Part shown: positions 8,153 through 16,497 of the stretch, piece after piece | Numbering within the stretch: position 1 is the stretch's first letter | Layout of the letters: every line of letters begins with the position of its first letter | IMG/VR virus record: IMGVR_UViG_3300042988_001121 | Span: 114,210-178,209 of that record | From: a virus | Reading direction: 5' to 3' (one strand) | DNA: 64,000 bases | Position numbers and translations under genes: made by a program | The notes under the pieces: model-generated | Databases searched by the model: none | Told to the model about the DNA's origin: nothing | What the model saw: the letters and a program-made list of their open reading frames with translations, nothing else

Positions 8153-8176
8153 AATTTACGGTTTTGCGTAACTACT
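8040..8176 (+). ncRNA. Putative omega-RNA (reRNA) scaffold of TnpB
   Basis: Hairpins overlapping the tnpB 3' end: ACTTCGG/CCGAAGT, AGAAGT/ACTTCT enclosing ATTGGGTGAAATTCATCCAAT, and AAACTGTAAAATTTACGGTTT. Confidence 0.6.
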
Positions 8177-8330
8177 TCGATTTCTTGGGCTGAATGAACG
8201 CAGGCAGCTTGAATGTTCGATAACCGAATTTTCCGAGATAAAAGGTTAGATCGTTGTGGTCATACCGTTTGACTCGATCTTCCATTTCTCGACCAACACG
8301 AAACGTGATACCGTAATAGTGTGCCATCAT
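8172..8330 (-). CDS. 52-aa ORF, possibly the 5' part of the gene interrupted by tnpB
   Basis: MMAHYYGITFRVGREMEDRVKRYDHNDLTFYLGKFGYRTFKLPAFIQPKKSK*; ATGA-coupled to the upstream gene; not in the track. Confidence 0.6.
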   Translation of the reverse strand: MMAHYYGITFRVGREMEDRVKRYDHNDLTFYLGKFGYRTFKLPAFIQPKKSK

Positions 8331-8515
8331 TCGCTCCGTAGTTGATCAATGTGCATCAAAATAAATGCACTGGCAATAACAATGTTCAATACGGGCGCAA
8401 TCGCGAACAGCAACCCAATGAGCAATGTGTTATCACTATAGTCAATGTAATCATGATATATTGCACGAATTACGTAGGCAAAACAGATTGCCATCGGGAT
8501 AAAGTAGTAAATCAT
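8327..8515 (-). CDS. Small membrane protein
   Basis: Two hydrophobic segments; coupled to the RNA ligase stop. Confidence 0.7.
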   Translation of the reverse strand: MIYYFIPMAICFAYVIRAIYHDYIDYSDNTLLIGLLFAIAPVLNIVIASAFILMHIDQLRSE

Positions 8516-9519
8516 TTTTGTTTCAACAGATATTCGTTACTGATTGACTTGAATGAAACCCGGTCATCCGAGTACAAGGTAAAAACCAGCCCTTCACGAA
8601 GAACACCGGATTTATTCAGAACTGTCTTACCATTCGCCATATCCAGAATGTCATCCAGAGACTTACCCGTAAGCGACAACTTATCAAAGATGACAGGAAC
8701 CATGTCAAGACACAGATCACGGCACACCTTCTGTTTTTCTTCTACTGACAAGTAACGCTGTGCATCAATGTCGAATACATCGAATACTCGAAGAACATAA
8801 GAATCCAGTTTATAGATGTTGCCCGAGATACCGGGACCGCACTGTTCGCCTTGGATCGCAAGATTACGACCATATGCACGAAGTTTTTCTTCTAGTGCAT
8901 ACTTACGTGCAGTGTTCCAGAAAGTATTATCATCCGAATATTTCAGATCAAGATTTCGTGAAGCAACTCCAAATTCATTGTTATTGAGATATGCCGTGAA
9001 AGACTGACCCTCAAGTTTCTCGGTAACTTGCCATTCACCTGTCTGAATCAAAACAAGAACATCTTGATAAACCGTCTGGATACGCGCCTGATCTGTTTTC
9101 TGAATGAAGGATGGGAACGACCCTTTGGTATCTGCCGAAGTGAATTCTTGTGGAGGCTCCCATTTCTGGATACCTAACACGTCTGTCAAATCTTGACCGA
9201 TGGTCGATCCTTCTGCTAAGGTAATTGGCAGCAACAGACCCTGACTCAATGCACCACGCAATTTAACGGTACGAAGTCGCTCTCCTGATACTTCATTATA
9301 GACTCGGGGAGTTTTTCCTTTTGTTAGGAATGGAGCAAGTGCTGTTGGAATCCAGCTATCAATCTGACAATAGATAACGGTATCGCCTACTTTATAAACA
9401 CCTTTTTTGTCAACTACCCACCAACCTTGTACACGGTATTGACAAATTGCATCAGCATCGGGAATGTCCCGGATTTCTTCGATACGAACTACTTCTGCTA
9501 GTTTACGTTTCATTTCCAT
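8512..9519 (-). CDS. ATP-dependent RNA ligase, DRB0094/Rnl5-like family
   Basis: N-terminal OB-like RKLA.V..I..I..IPDADAI, motif I TEKLEGQS, GVASRN, IQGEQCGPGI, REGLVF, FKSISNEYLLK. Confidence 0.9.
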   Translation of the reverse strand: MEMKRKLAEVVRIEEIRDIPDADAICQYRVQGWWVVDKKGVYKVGDTVIYCQIDSWIPTALAPFLTKGKTPRVYNEVSGERLRTVKLRGALSQGLLLPITLAEGSTIGQDLTDVLGIQKWEPPQEFTSADTKGSFPSFIQKTDQARIQTVYQDVLVLIQTGEWQVTEKLEGQSFTAYLNNNEFGVASRNLDLKYSDDNTFWNTARKYALEEKLRAYGRNLAIQGEQCGPGISGNIYKLDSYVLRVFDVFDIDAQRYLSVEEKQKVCRDLCLDMVPVIFDKLSLTGKSLDDILDMANGKTVLNKSGVLREGLVFTLYSDDRVSFKSISNEYLLKQK

Positions 9520-9521
9520 GA

Positions 9522-9776
9522 TTACCTCACAAAGACATTATGTTTTTCGATGTTCCACTTTTCTGTGATAGGACTACCATCAGCAGCTTCATCAACACAA
9601 ATGTAGGCAACTGTCTTCTTTACAATCGCATAACGAACGCCATCAAGTACATCGATTTCATGAGTGAATCCATTCTGGATCGCCCAAGAATCCTTAGTCA
9701 CTGTGTAAGTGAACCAGTTGCGAACATCTGATTCACGAAATTCACCTACTGTGTTCTGTGTTGGTTTGTAAGCCAT
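9522..9776 (-). CDS. Hypothetical early protein
   Basis: First gene after the promoter at 9808-9841; SD GGAG. Confidence 0.75.
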   Translation of the reverse strand: MAYKPTQNTVGEFRESDVRNWFTYTVTKDSWAIQNGFTHEIDVLDGVRYAIVKKTVAYICVDEAADGSPITEKWNIEKHNVFVR

Positions 9777-9807
9777 TTTGGACTCCTAAGTTTGCTGCGA
9801 TGGAGTT

Positions 9808-9841
9808 ATTGTATCACAGAGAAAAATATGTGTAGATTATT
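9808..9841 (-). promoter_or_regulatory. Early promoter
   Basis: AATAATCTACA: TCTACA (9836-9831)-N17-TGTGA-TACAAT (9813-9808). Confidence 0.8.
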
Positions 9842-10607
9842 TTGGATACCACTTACCGAATACTTGTACCGCTTTCAGGGCTTCCTTGTCAGCATACTCA
9901 ATTCTATATTGTTGAACCATTCCCATTTCATTTACCCAATTGTTCACATATGCAGCAAGGAAAACATCGCCTGCGCCAATAACATCTACCACATCAACTT
10001 CTGAATCTCGCTTCATCATTGATGTACAGAAGTTTCCGTCAATCCACATAGGAGGATTTTCCCCACGAGTAACAATCAATCTATTCGGTGTATTGCCGTT
10101 CAAACGCTCAAATTCAATCTGATTGATTTTAAACACAATTCTCTTATATTGTGATATGTCAGATTTTTTCGTGTCACAAAATACGATGGTATATGATGTG
10201 TTATCTAGATACTCCAGAAGTTCGTGTGTCACTGAACCTTTATTGTAATCGCATATAACAATAGCCTCTGGATGAAACGATTGAATGGTACGTTCAACTT
10301 CTTCTATCGTAAAAGGCAGAACCGAATTTTCTGAATCTAGCCGCATCAACAGTTTAGTACCGTCCCAAAATCTAGTTTTTGATCCTGTCTGTCGTAGCAA
10401 CGATTTAACTGTATTTCCGTAACTCTCTAGTAATTTTGCTACATAACCGCCCATTCCATCAGACACCCCGGAATCTTCTATTGAATCTCCGTCTATCCAC
10501 AGCTTTGGGATTTCATTGCCATGACTCTCGGTCGTATATGTTGTTGTCTTATCTGATTTGATATCAATATCAAAACAAGAATCGCCGATAACTAAAACTC
10601 TACTCAT
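9837..10607 (-). CDS. PfkB-family sugar kinase, HldA/RfaE-domain-I-like (heptose-7-phosphate kinase)
   Basis: VLVIGD, GMGG.VA..L, K.R....L.RLD, ICDYNKG, VFCDTK, KINQ.E, IVTRGE, DVVDVIGAGDVFLA. Confidence 0.8.
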   Translation of the reverse strand: MSRVLVIGDSCFDIDIKSDKTTTYTTESHGNEIPKLWIDGDSIEDSGVSDGMGGYVAKLLESYGNTVKSLLRQTGSKTRFWDGTKLLMRLDSENSVLPFTIEEVERTIQSFHPEAIVICDYNKGSVTHELLEYLDNTSYTIVFCDTKKSDISQYKRIVFKINQIEFERLNGNTPNRLIVTRGENPPMWIDGNFCTSMMKRDSEVDVVDVIGAGDVFLAAYVNNWVNEMGMVQQYRIEYADKEALKAVQVFGKWYPK

Positions 10608-10616
10608 GTCAATTCC

Positions 10617-11084
10617 TTATGAACAAGACTTGGCAATGCAATATTTTTGAACATAGTTCTCTTTATTGCGATAAACAGTGATTCTATCATGAAAAGTGGA
10701 ACCGGGCGCGATTTTCACTGTTATTCTTTGCTGGCTTCCGTCTTCGATTTTGTAGACCACGTACATATCATGGTGATGAACTGTTCTTTTTCGTCCCTTA
10801 CTCGCATTTTCGGTTGTCTGGTAGTATTTCCCCTCTAGCCCGTCATAAATCGCCGTTGTCACTTCGTTCTCGGGCGTCATCTTGACACCGGTAGTAAATG
10901 ATTTGTATGAAACAAACGATGTTAAAGCGACAATTACTCCCATCAAAAAGGAAACAATTGTTTCACCTTCCCATAAAGAAAAAAGAAACCACAATGCACC
11001 CGCTGCTATTAAACAGCACACAACTAGACCAGAATGCATGTCAACGGTGTTAATTTCTGGCAATGGAGAAATGGAGTAGAACAT
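10617..11084 (-). CDS. Hypothetical membrane protein
   Basis: Two N-terminal TM segments. Confidence 0.7.
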   Translation of the reverse strand: MFYSISPLPEINTVDMHSGLVVCCLIAAGALWFLFSLWEGETIVSFLMGVIVALTSFVSYKSFTTGVKMTPENEVTTAIYDGLEGKYYQTTENASKGRKRTVHHHDMYVVYKIEDGSQQRITVKIAPGSTFHDRITVYRNKENYVQKYCIAKSCS

Positions 11085-11245
11085 TATAACAACTCAAGAA
11101 ATTTAGGTGGAATAGCAAAAGGGTTTGCTCGATTTTTGAATTTGACTAGTACCATGTTATTCTTCGAAAGACCAACAATGGTGCCGATTGTGCAAATGTG
11201 TTTCTTGAACTTCACGCGCCCGTAATAACGCTCGATCCATTTCAT
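11084..11245 (-). CDS. Small basic hypothetical protein (53 aa), not in the track
   Basis: MKWIERYYGRVKFKKHICTIGTIVGLSKNNMVLVKF...; TAATG overlap with the next gene. Confidence 0.55.
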   Translation of the reverse strand: MKWIERYYGRVKFKKHICTIGTIVGLSKNNMVLVKFKNRANPFAIPPKFLELL

Positions 11246-11306
11246 GTTAATAGCACAAAAAGCACCGACCTACCTTTGCAGAAGTCGATCATGTAGAGTT
11301 CTGGTT

Positions 11307-11756
11307 TCATCGTTGCACCTTGAATTTATAAAATGATTCCAGTGTCTTGATTTCTTCCGCTGTCAGTTTATCAAGAACTCTTTTCACGTTTTTATAGTCT
11401 TCCGAGATAGCAATGTCCAGTTTCTCATAAGAAAGAGCAGGAGCAAAATCTTTCAGGAAATTGATGGTCGATAACCTAGACAGATGTGAATTTGCTCCGT
11501 ACTTTGAATACTGAACAAGTTTTACTTGCAGCGCAGCAAGCCGCTTCTTATACAATTGAAAGTAGGTCACTTTCCGGCGATCATTGCGTTGCTGTTCTAC
11601 TCGCTTCCATGCCCTGAACAACGGCACAACATCATACAGAAACTTATTGAGATTTCTTGTATTCACACCATCGCGTAACAGATGATGGTGACCGTTGACC
11701 CAATAACGAGCATTGGTAATCATTTTTTCAAGAGCAAGCAATTGTTCGCTGTACAT
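11307..11756 (-). CDS. Hypothetical early protein
   Basis: Follows the promoter at 11781-11814. Confidence 0.7.
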   Translation of the reverse strand: MYSEQLLALEKMITNARYWVNGHHHLLRDGVNTRNLNKFLYDVVPLFRAWKRVEQQRNDRRKVTYFQLYKKRLAALQVKLVQYSKYGANSHLSRLSTINFLKDFAPALSYEKLDIAISEDYKNVKRVLDKLTAEEIKTLESFYKFKVQR

Positions 11757-11780
11757 AATAATTTCCTTTTCGATGATGCT

Positions 11781-11814
11781 ATTGTAACATCATCGAAAAT
11801 ATGTGTAGATTATT
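11781..11814 (-). promoter_or_regulatory. Early promoter
   Basis: TCTACA (11809-11804)-N17-TACAAT (11786-11781). Confidence 0.75.
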
Positions 11815-12604
11815 CAGTAATTTTTGATGGTGAGTGACCAACGATCTTTGCATGCCACATATATACACCGCCGCCAAGATGAGTCGGCTTAGGATGAATC
11901 TCTATGTCATGCCCACGATGTAGTAGAATCTCGTTTTCTTCTTTGTGATAAGATTTTGATTTTACGCTAGATGCATTAGTTCCTGCTGGAACATGAATCT
12001 TAAGAATGTGTGACTGAAACCCGTTATCATCAGTTTCTGTTAGATTGTGTCCGTGATGTGCATCATATGGGTCATTGAACATATCTGCTGCCGAGAATGT
12101 CTCTGCTACCTTACGATGTGTTGATGTGCTGGTGTAGGCAGGAAGATGAACATTGATTGGATTCAATCTATCATTTGCGTCAGGTTTAAACTTGGTGTGA
12201 GGGGATTCTTTGACGCCAGTGTAAACGTGCATGTCTTCTTTTGTCTTATGTTTATCCATCAAAGAATCGATGCCAGCGATGTTTTTTAGGGTTCTTGTTC
12301 TTCCCTTGACCGACTTTCCGTTATGATAGTCATGTAGAGCATTGTTGATTGCCTTGCTGTCAGTAGTATAGGCATCAATTGCTGATTCTTCGTCATCAGT
12401 CAATTTCTTTGACAATGGAGCGACTTTCGTGTGCAGTCTGGTATTCTCTGCGGTATCAATTTCTTTGTGACCATCTGTTGTTGCTGTGACGAACTTGGTC
12501 GCCTCATTGAGAGCATTATCAATCGCATGGGAGCCAAGAATAGTTACCAAAGATGGTTTACCACGAGAATCTTTTGATTTGATGTATTGACCGAATGTTT
12601 TCAT
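11810..12604 (-). CDS. ADP-ribosyltransferase (VIP2/Alt-Mod-like ART domain), probably capsid-packaged
   Basis: AIDAYT...INNAL...IDSLM...VYTGV...AYTSTS...ILKIHVPAGT...EENEILLHRG; N-terminus MKTFGQYIK. Confidence 0.85.
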   Translation of the reverse strand: MKTFGQYIKSKDSRGKPSLVTILGSHAIDNALNEATKFVTATTDGHKEIDTAENTRLHTKVAPLSKKLTDDEESAIDAYTTDSKAINNALHDYHNGKSVKGRTRTLKNIAGIDSLMDKHKTKEDMHVYTGVKESPHTKFKPDANDRLNPINVHLPAYTSTSTHRKVAETFSAADMFNDPYDAHHGHNLTETDDNGFQSHILKIHVPAGTNASSVKSKSYHKEENEILLHRGHDIEIHPKPTHLGGGVYMWHAKIVGHSPSKITE

Positions 12605-12617
12605 TGTTTCCTCAATT

Positions 12618-12636
12618 AAAAAGCCCCCGAAGGGGC
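12618..12636 (-). terminator. Rho-independent terminator with UUCG loop
   Basis: Minus strand AGCCCC-TTCG-GGGGCT followed by a T tract. Confidence 0.85.
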
Positions 12637-12642
12637 TATATA

Positions 12643-14163
12643 TTATTTAGCGGAAGCTATGTTGATAGTTTTCTTGACTTTATCTGGATGCAGCCAGATT
12701 GTACCATCTTTATCAACCTTGTTAGCAAAATTACCTGCCTTCTCGTTAGTGACGCCTTTCAGCGCAAGACCAGAAACGACACCAATTTTCTTGGCACGAT
12801 AATCTTTTGCCTTCTGAGCATGGAATTCTTTTTCTTCCTTTGAAGTCGCAGAAGCTGCTTTCTGATCGTGAATCTTTGCAGCGGCTTCATGACGCTGATC
12901 CAAATTATCATCAGAATCACCATCAACGATTTCCCACTCGTGTTCCCCTTCTTTGGAGCCAACGACCTTAACACGCTTTGGGTGAGGTGTATTTTTACCA
13001 CGTTGGTAAACCATCGCAGCAATGCCACCATTCGACAGATGTTTAATCACATCATGCGAATTACTCTCTGCATGATTATCTCCTGTATGAGACAACCCGA
13101 CAGTGTAGTTTGATGGCAAATCTTTACTCATCGCTGTGCCAGTGTTCTTTGTGTAGTCATAGAATTTTGTGTTATGATGACGTTCAAAGAATTTAGCTGG
13201 CATCAAACGATGGTATTGCAGATCAGAGGTAACGTTCAGTCGAACGCCTGAATCGATTTTCTTTTCGTGCAATTCGCCCTTAGCCAATTTATCAGCAACA
13301 TCTTTGTGAGAAAGTTTTCCGTTAGGATTTCCCTTTTCAATATCTTCCTTTGTTGGAGGTTTCTCTGATTTTATTTTACCTGTCTTCAGATTTTTATGAC
13401 CAACAATGTTTCCTTCAGAATCATGCAGAGTATGATGGCTGGAAGTCCATTTTTCGTTCTCAGTTACTTCATTGTCAAGAATTCGAGCCGCATGCTCAGG
13501 ATGTTCCATCACATAACGCTGACGCAGAACCTTTGACCGTAATGCAGTTTCTGGATATTGACGGTTGCCACCCGCAGTAAGTCCCAAGCAGTTCTCTTCA
13601 CATTCTTTGGATGCCTTTGGACATACATTGGAGTGACCACTCAGAGGGTGTCCTTCAGCAAGCGTACCGAGAACGTGTGGAGCCAGACTCAGACCAATTG
13701 TGTTGCGACCTTCACCGGCGCTCGATGCAGTCTTTCCGTTTTGACCTGTCATCACCAGTTTGTTTTTATCTACGTGACCGCCTTCTTTTGCCATGAAAGC
13801 GCGGAAATGCTTATACGACTCACGCGCCTTTGCAACACGTTCTTTGTCTGTCTCGTCATTATCCAGCGCGGCATGGAAACCATCGCGAATACGGGCACGA
13901 ATAGAAGCCGGTTTAGTACCTGCCTCTTTATGAGAGTCTTGATATGCCTGCTCTTTATCCAGACCACGGCGAACAATGGTTTCAGGATGAAATTCGTGCT
14001 TTGGTTCAGCGCCTTCAACTGACTCCAGCAATGACAAGAATGCTTCATGCAATTCTTTATCGTCTTCATCTTCTGTCAGAGTAGGCGAAGACAGATGCCA
14101 CAGAAAATTGTCAACAACAGAATTCTTGTCATTGCCTTCCAAATAATCTTTAAAACTACGCAT
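12643..14163 (-). CDS. GP88-like Cys-cluster protein with a T4 internal-protein-like N-terminus
   Basis: GLSLAP...NVCPKASKECEENCLG..GG, RLNVTSDL, FYDYTK, NYTVGLS motifs; starts MRSFKDYLE. Confidence 0.6.
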   Translation of the reverse strand: MRSFKDYLEGNDKNSVVDNFLWHLSSPTLTEDEDDKELHEAFLSLLESVEGAEPKHEFHPETIVRRGLDKEQAYQDSHKEAGTKPASIRARIRDGFHAALDNDETDKERVAKARESYKHFRAFMAKEGGHVDKNKLVMTGQNGKTASSAGEGRNTIGLSLAPHVLGTLAEGHPLSGHSNVCPKASKECEENCLGLTAGGNRQYPETALRSKVLRQRYVMEHPEHAARILDNEVTENEKWTSSHHTLHDSEGNIVGHKNLKTGKIKSEKPPTKEDIEKGNPNGKLSHKDVADKLAKGELHEKKIDSGVRLNVTSDLQYHRLMPAKFFERHHNTKFYDYTKNTGTAMSKDLPSNYTVGLSHTGDNHAESNSHDVIKHLSNGGIAAMVYQRGKNTPHPKRVKVVGSKEGEHEWEIVDGDSDDNLDQRHEAAAKIHDQKAASATSKEEKEFHAQKAKDYRAKKIGVVSGLALKGVTNEKAGNFANKVDKDGTIWLHPDKVKKTINIASAK

Positions 14164-14192
14164 TATTTTCCTTATATTAGGGTTGTATTGCT

Positions 14193-14450
14193 TTATTTAA
14201 TTCCGATGAACTCTCGTAATTCATTGACAGACATTCCGCCGACTTTACGAGCAACTTCATTACCAGAATCATCCAACTTAACCAAAGTTGGTACACCACG
14301 AACCCTAGCCTCTGCTGCCAGTTCTGGATTTTCGTCAATGTCGATATTCTGAATATTCAGATCAGGGAATTCAGGCAAAACTGTATCAATTGTCTTTGAT
14401 AGTGCCTTACATGGGGCACACCAAGTCGCAGCATATTTCACTAAAATCAT
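14193..14450 (-). CDS. Thioredoxin
   Basis: ATWCAPCK active site, cis-Pro VRGVPTLV. Confidence 0.92.
   Translation of the reverse strand: MILVKYAATWCAPCKALSKTIDTVLPEFPDLNIQNIDIDENPELAAEARVRGVPTLVKLDDSGNEVARKVGGMSVNELREFIGIK
14194..14201 (-). promoter_or_regulatory. Late promoter ATTAAATA
   Basis: Same octamer precedes several late genes; about 30 nt upstream of the 506-aa gene. Confidence 0.6.
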
Positions 14451-14596
14451 TTTGTTTCCTTTTTCTCACATTTACATTTATCACAATTCCCACAAGGAGT
14501 CTTTTCTTTCTTACCAAAGATAACATCCCAATTGTGGGCGTATTTCTGGTGATCCGTGGGGCGCTGTTTATCACCTTTTCCTGCTTCACTTGCCAT
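14447..14596 (-). CDS. Small conserved phage protein (49 aa), not in the track
   Basis: MASEAGKGDKQRPTDHQKYAHNWDVIFGKKEKTPCGNCDKCKCEKKETK*; ATGA overlap with thioredoxin; GKG..RP...NWD.IFG pattern. Confidence 0.7.
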   Translation of the reverse strand: MASEAGKGDKQRPTDHQKYAHNWDVIFGKKEKTPCGNCDKCKCEKKETK

Positions 14597-15014
14597 CGTT
14601 TTTCCTTAAAGACATGTATTTACCAACCTCATTCACAACTTCATTGTGTAACCTATATTCCCGATCATATATCACCGAAGTAATACCTGCCTGAAACATA
14701 TGAGTAGCACACCTCATACAAGGGCTATGGGTACAAACCATTGTTGCCCCTTCGACCGAGATACCTCGCCTTGCTGCATGAAGTATTGCATTCATTTCGG
14801 CATGAATCACGGTATCCAGTGTAATCAACGAACCGTCTTCCTGTTCTGCCTCACAGACGTTGCTAGAACCGCGCATAGTGCCGTTTCTGCCAGTGGATAT
14901 GATGTTACCCATACTATCAGCAATAACAGCGCCTACGCGCATTTTAGTGGCTTTTGACTTATTTGCTGCTGCCCATGCCACTTGCATCAGAAAATCTGTC
15001 TCAAACGCCATCAA
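14586..15014 (-). CDS. cd: dCMP deaminase
   Basis: KVGAVI, GRNG, IHAEMNAI, HSPCMRCA zinc motifs. Confidence 0.92.
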   Translation of the reverse strand: MMAFETDFLMQVAWAAANKSKATKMRVGAVIADSMGNIISTGRNGTMRGSSNVCEAEQEDGSLITLDTVIHAEMNAILHAARRGISVEGATMVCTHSPCMRCATHMFQAGITSVIYDREYRLHNEVVNEVGKYMSLRKNDGK

Positions 15015-15543
15015 ACAAATTCCTATCGATAATTGAATGAGAAACTTTATTCATCTGTTTTAAGGAAACGGGGTACTGAATGTTAATTGAACCCTCGGCT
15101 TCAGTTCCATGAGTAAGAACCGCTAGACCAAACTTACGAGCAATATGTCGCATAGCTGCGTTCTTACTCAGACAGACCATATAAATCTGTTTAATGTTTC
15201 TTTCGACCACGATCTGATAACCACGCGCAAAAAGAAACTGACCAAATTTCTGACCTCGGTACTCAGGCAGAGTAGTGAAAGCAAATTCCGCCACATCGCC
15301 ACGAATGCTTACATGAAGTGTAGCAGCAATCTCGGATTCAACTTTGATTGCATACCACAGATCATCATTAGTTCTTTCGCTTGCTGTATCAAATGTCTTA
15401 TTGACATACTTGGTGATGTGTTCATCTTGCGCCGAATAACCAAAACGAAGATATCGGTCATCGGGAGTCAATTTAACGATGTGTTGTATCAGCCACTCTT
15501 TTGACTCAGGAAAGAGTCGAATCAGACTAAAATTTTCTATCAT
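15001..15543 (-). CDS. GNAT-family acetyltransferase
   Basis: DRYLRFG, AEFAFTTLPEYRGQKFGQFLF acetyl-CoA motif A, N.AMRHIARKFG. Confidence 0.85.
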   Translation of the reverse strand: MIENFSLIRLFPESKEWLIQHIVKLTPDDRYLRFGYSAQDEHITKYVNKTFDTASERTNDDLWYAIKVESEIAATLHVSIRGDVAEFAFTTLPEYRGQKFGQFLFARGYQIVVERNIKQIYMVCLSKNAAMRHIARKFGLAVLTHGTEAEGSINIQYPVSLKQMNKVSHSIIDRNLFDGV

Positions 15544-15962
15544 GCTGTAATTGCCAAAACTTTCAGGCGTTTCACTGAAACATAGGATGTTGTGTTATCC
15601 GAGAAGCGCAGACGAGCAACGGTTTCTCGTGTGTCATAAAAAGACTGACCAACGAAATCGATCTTACCGGGTTCTTTGTATTTCCGGCTATTGATAATAA
15701 TGGCAGTCTTACCAACACGAGGGATTGATGCCTCTTTAACACTGGCTTCGGACTCCAGCCATTCTTGATACATTCGCTTTACTGTGTCATCGGCATTGAT
15801 GACTTCATGATACATTCCGCCAGCAAAGGCAGTTGACCCAATCATTTCTTCTTTGAACGATTTAGTGCCGGGAATCCAGTAGGTAGCATAAAAGTAGCTA
15901 TCGTGGTAGCCGTTTGATTCACGTTCAGCGACACAGATGCGGTTCATAATTTTCTCCATCAA
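15540..15962 (-). CDS. Hypothetical early protein
   Basis: Directly after the 34-bp repeated promoter/leader. Confidence 0.7.
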   Translation of the reverse strand: MMEKIMNRICVAERESNGYHDSYFYATYWIPGTKSFKEEMIGSTAFAGGMYHEVINADDTVKRMYQEWLESEASVKEASIPRVGKTAIIINSRKYKEPGKIDFVGQSFYDTRETVARLRFSDNTTSYVSVKRLKVLAITA

Positions 15963-15996
15963 GTTTTGTTGATGATGTTATTGTATCACAGAAAAA

Positions 15997-16392
15997 TCAA
16001 TTCCATTCAATGGAGTCGATGTTTTCTTGAACATTTTTTGTTGGCGAACCATACCAAAGTTCAAGGTAGTGGCGAATTGCCTTGACTTTGGTTGAATAAT
16101 AAGAATCCGAGTAGCAGTGATTGTTTTTCATTCGGATAGCCTCGATCAAAGCCGAGTGCAATTCAGCCTTTGTCATTCTTCGACTCTCGGATCGAGAAAT
16201 GAAACTTGATTGATCCTTGAACCCAACGCGTTGGTAATCATTACCACCATCAATGAAAATCTCGCCGCAAGAACAATGAACCATATCGTGCCTATGTTTA
16301 GACACAATCACATCTTTGCATTTAGCGCACTCGGCAGCGTTCTTTGTGATTACATGAAAGTAACCCGAGAAAACAGAGAATTCTTCTGACAT
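15997..16392 (-). CDS. Zn-ribbon phage protein
   Basis: NAAECAKCKDVIVSKHRHDMVHCSCGEIFIDGG. Confidence 0.75.
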   Translation of the reverse strand: MSEEFSVFSGYFHVITKNAAECAKCKDVIVSKHRHDMVHCSCGEIFIDGGNDYQRVGFKDQSSFISRSESRRMTKAELHSALIEAIRMKNNHCYSDSYYSTKVKAIRHYLELWYGSPTKNVQENIDSIEWN

Positions 16393-16497
16393 TAGAACGT
16401 AGACATTGTTAGGTAGATTGTTAGGCTAAGGTAAGAAATTCCAAGAACTGTTTCAAGTATCATTTTTGACTCCTGTTATTGCAATGATAACACAGAA

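Larger units (their letters stand above)
6893..8176 (+). mobile_element. IS200/IS605-type (IS1341-like) tnpB-only element
   Basis: Only plus-strand gene in a minus-strand block; no tnpA; structured right end. Boundaries are inferred. Confidence 0.65.

Noticed and set aside
11810-14163. ART plus upstream gene as a toxin-antitoxin pair
   Set aside because: A strong terminator separates them, both have virion-protein-like N-termini, and no antitoxin motif (e.g. macrodomain, ARH) is seen.
14407-14589. Track ORF of 60 aa (MKQEKVINS...)
   Set aside because: Shadow frame. The 49-aa ORF 14447..14596 has a recognisable motif and ATGA coupling to thioredoxin.
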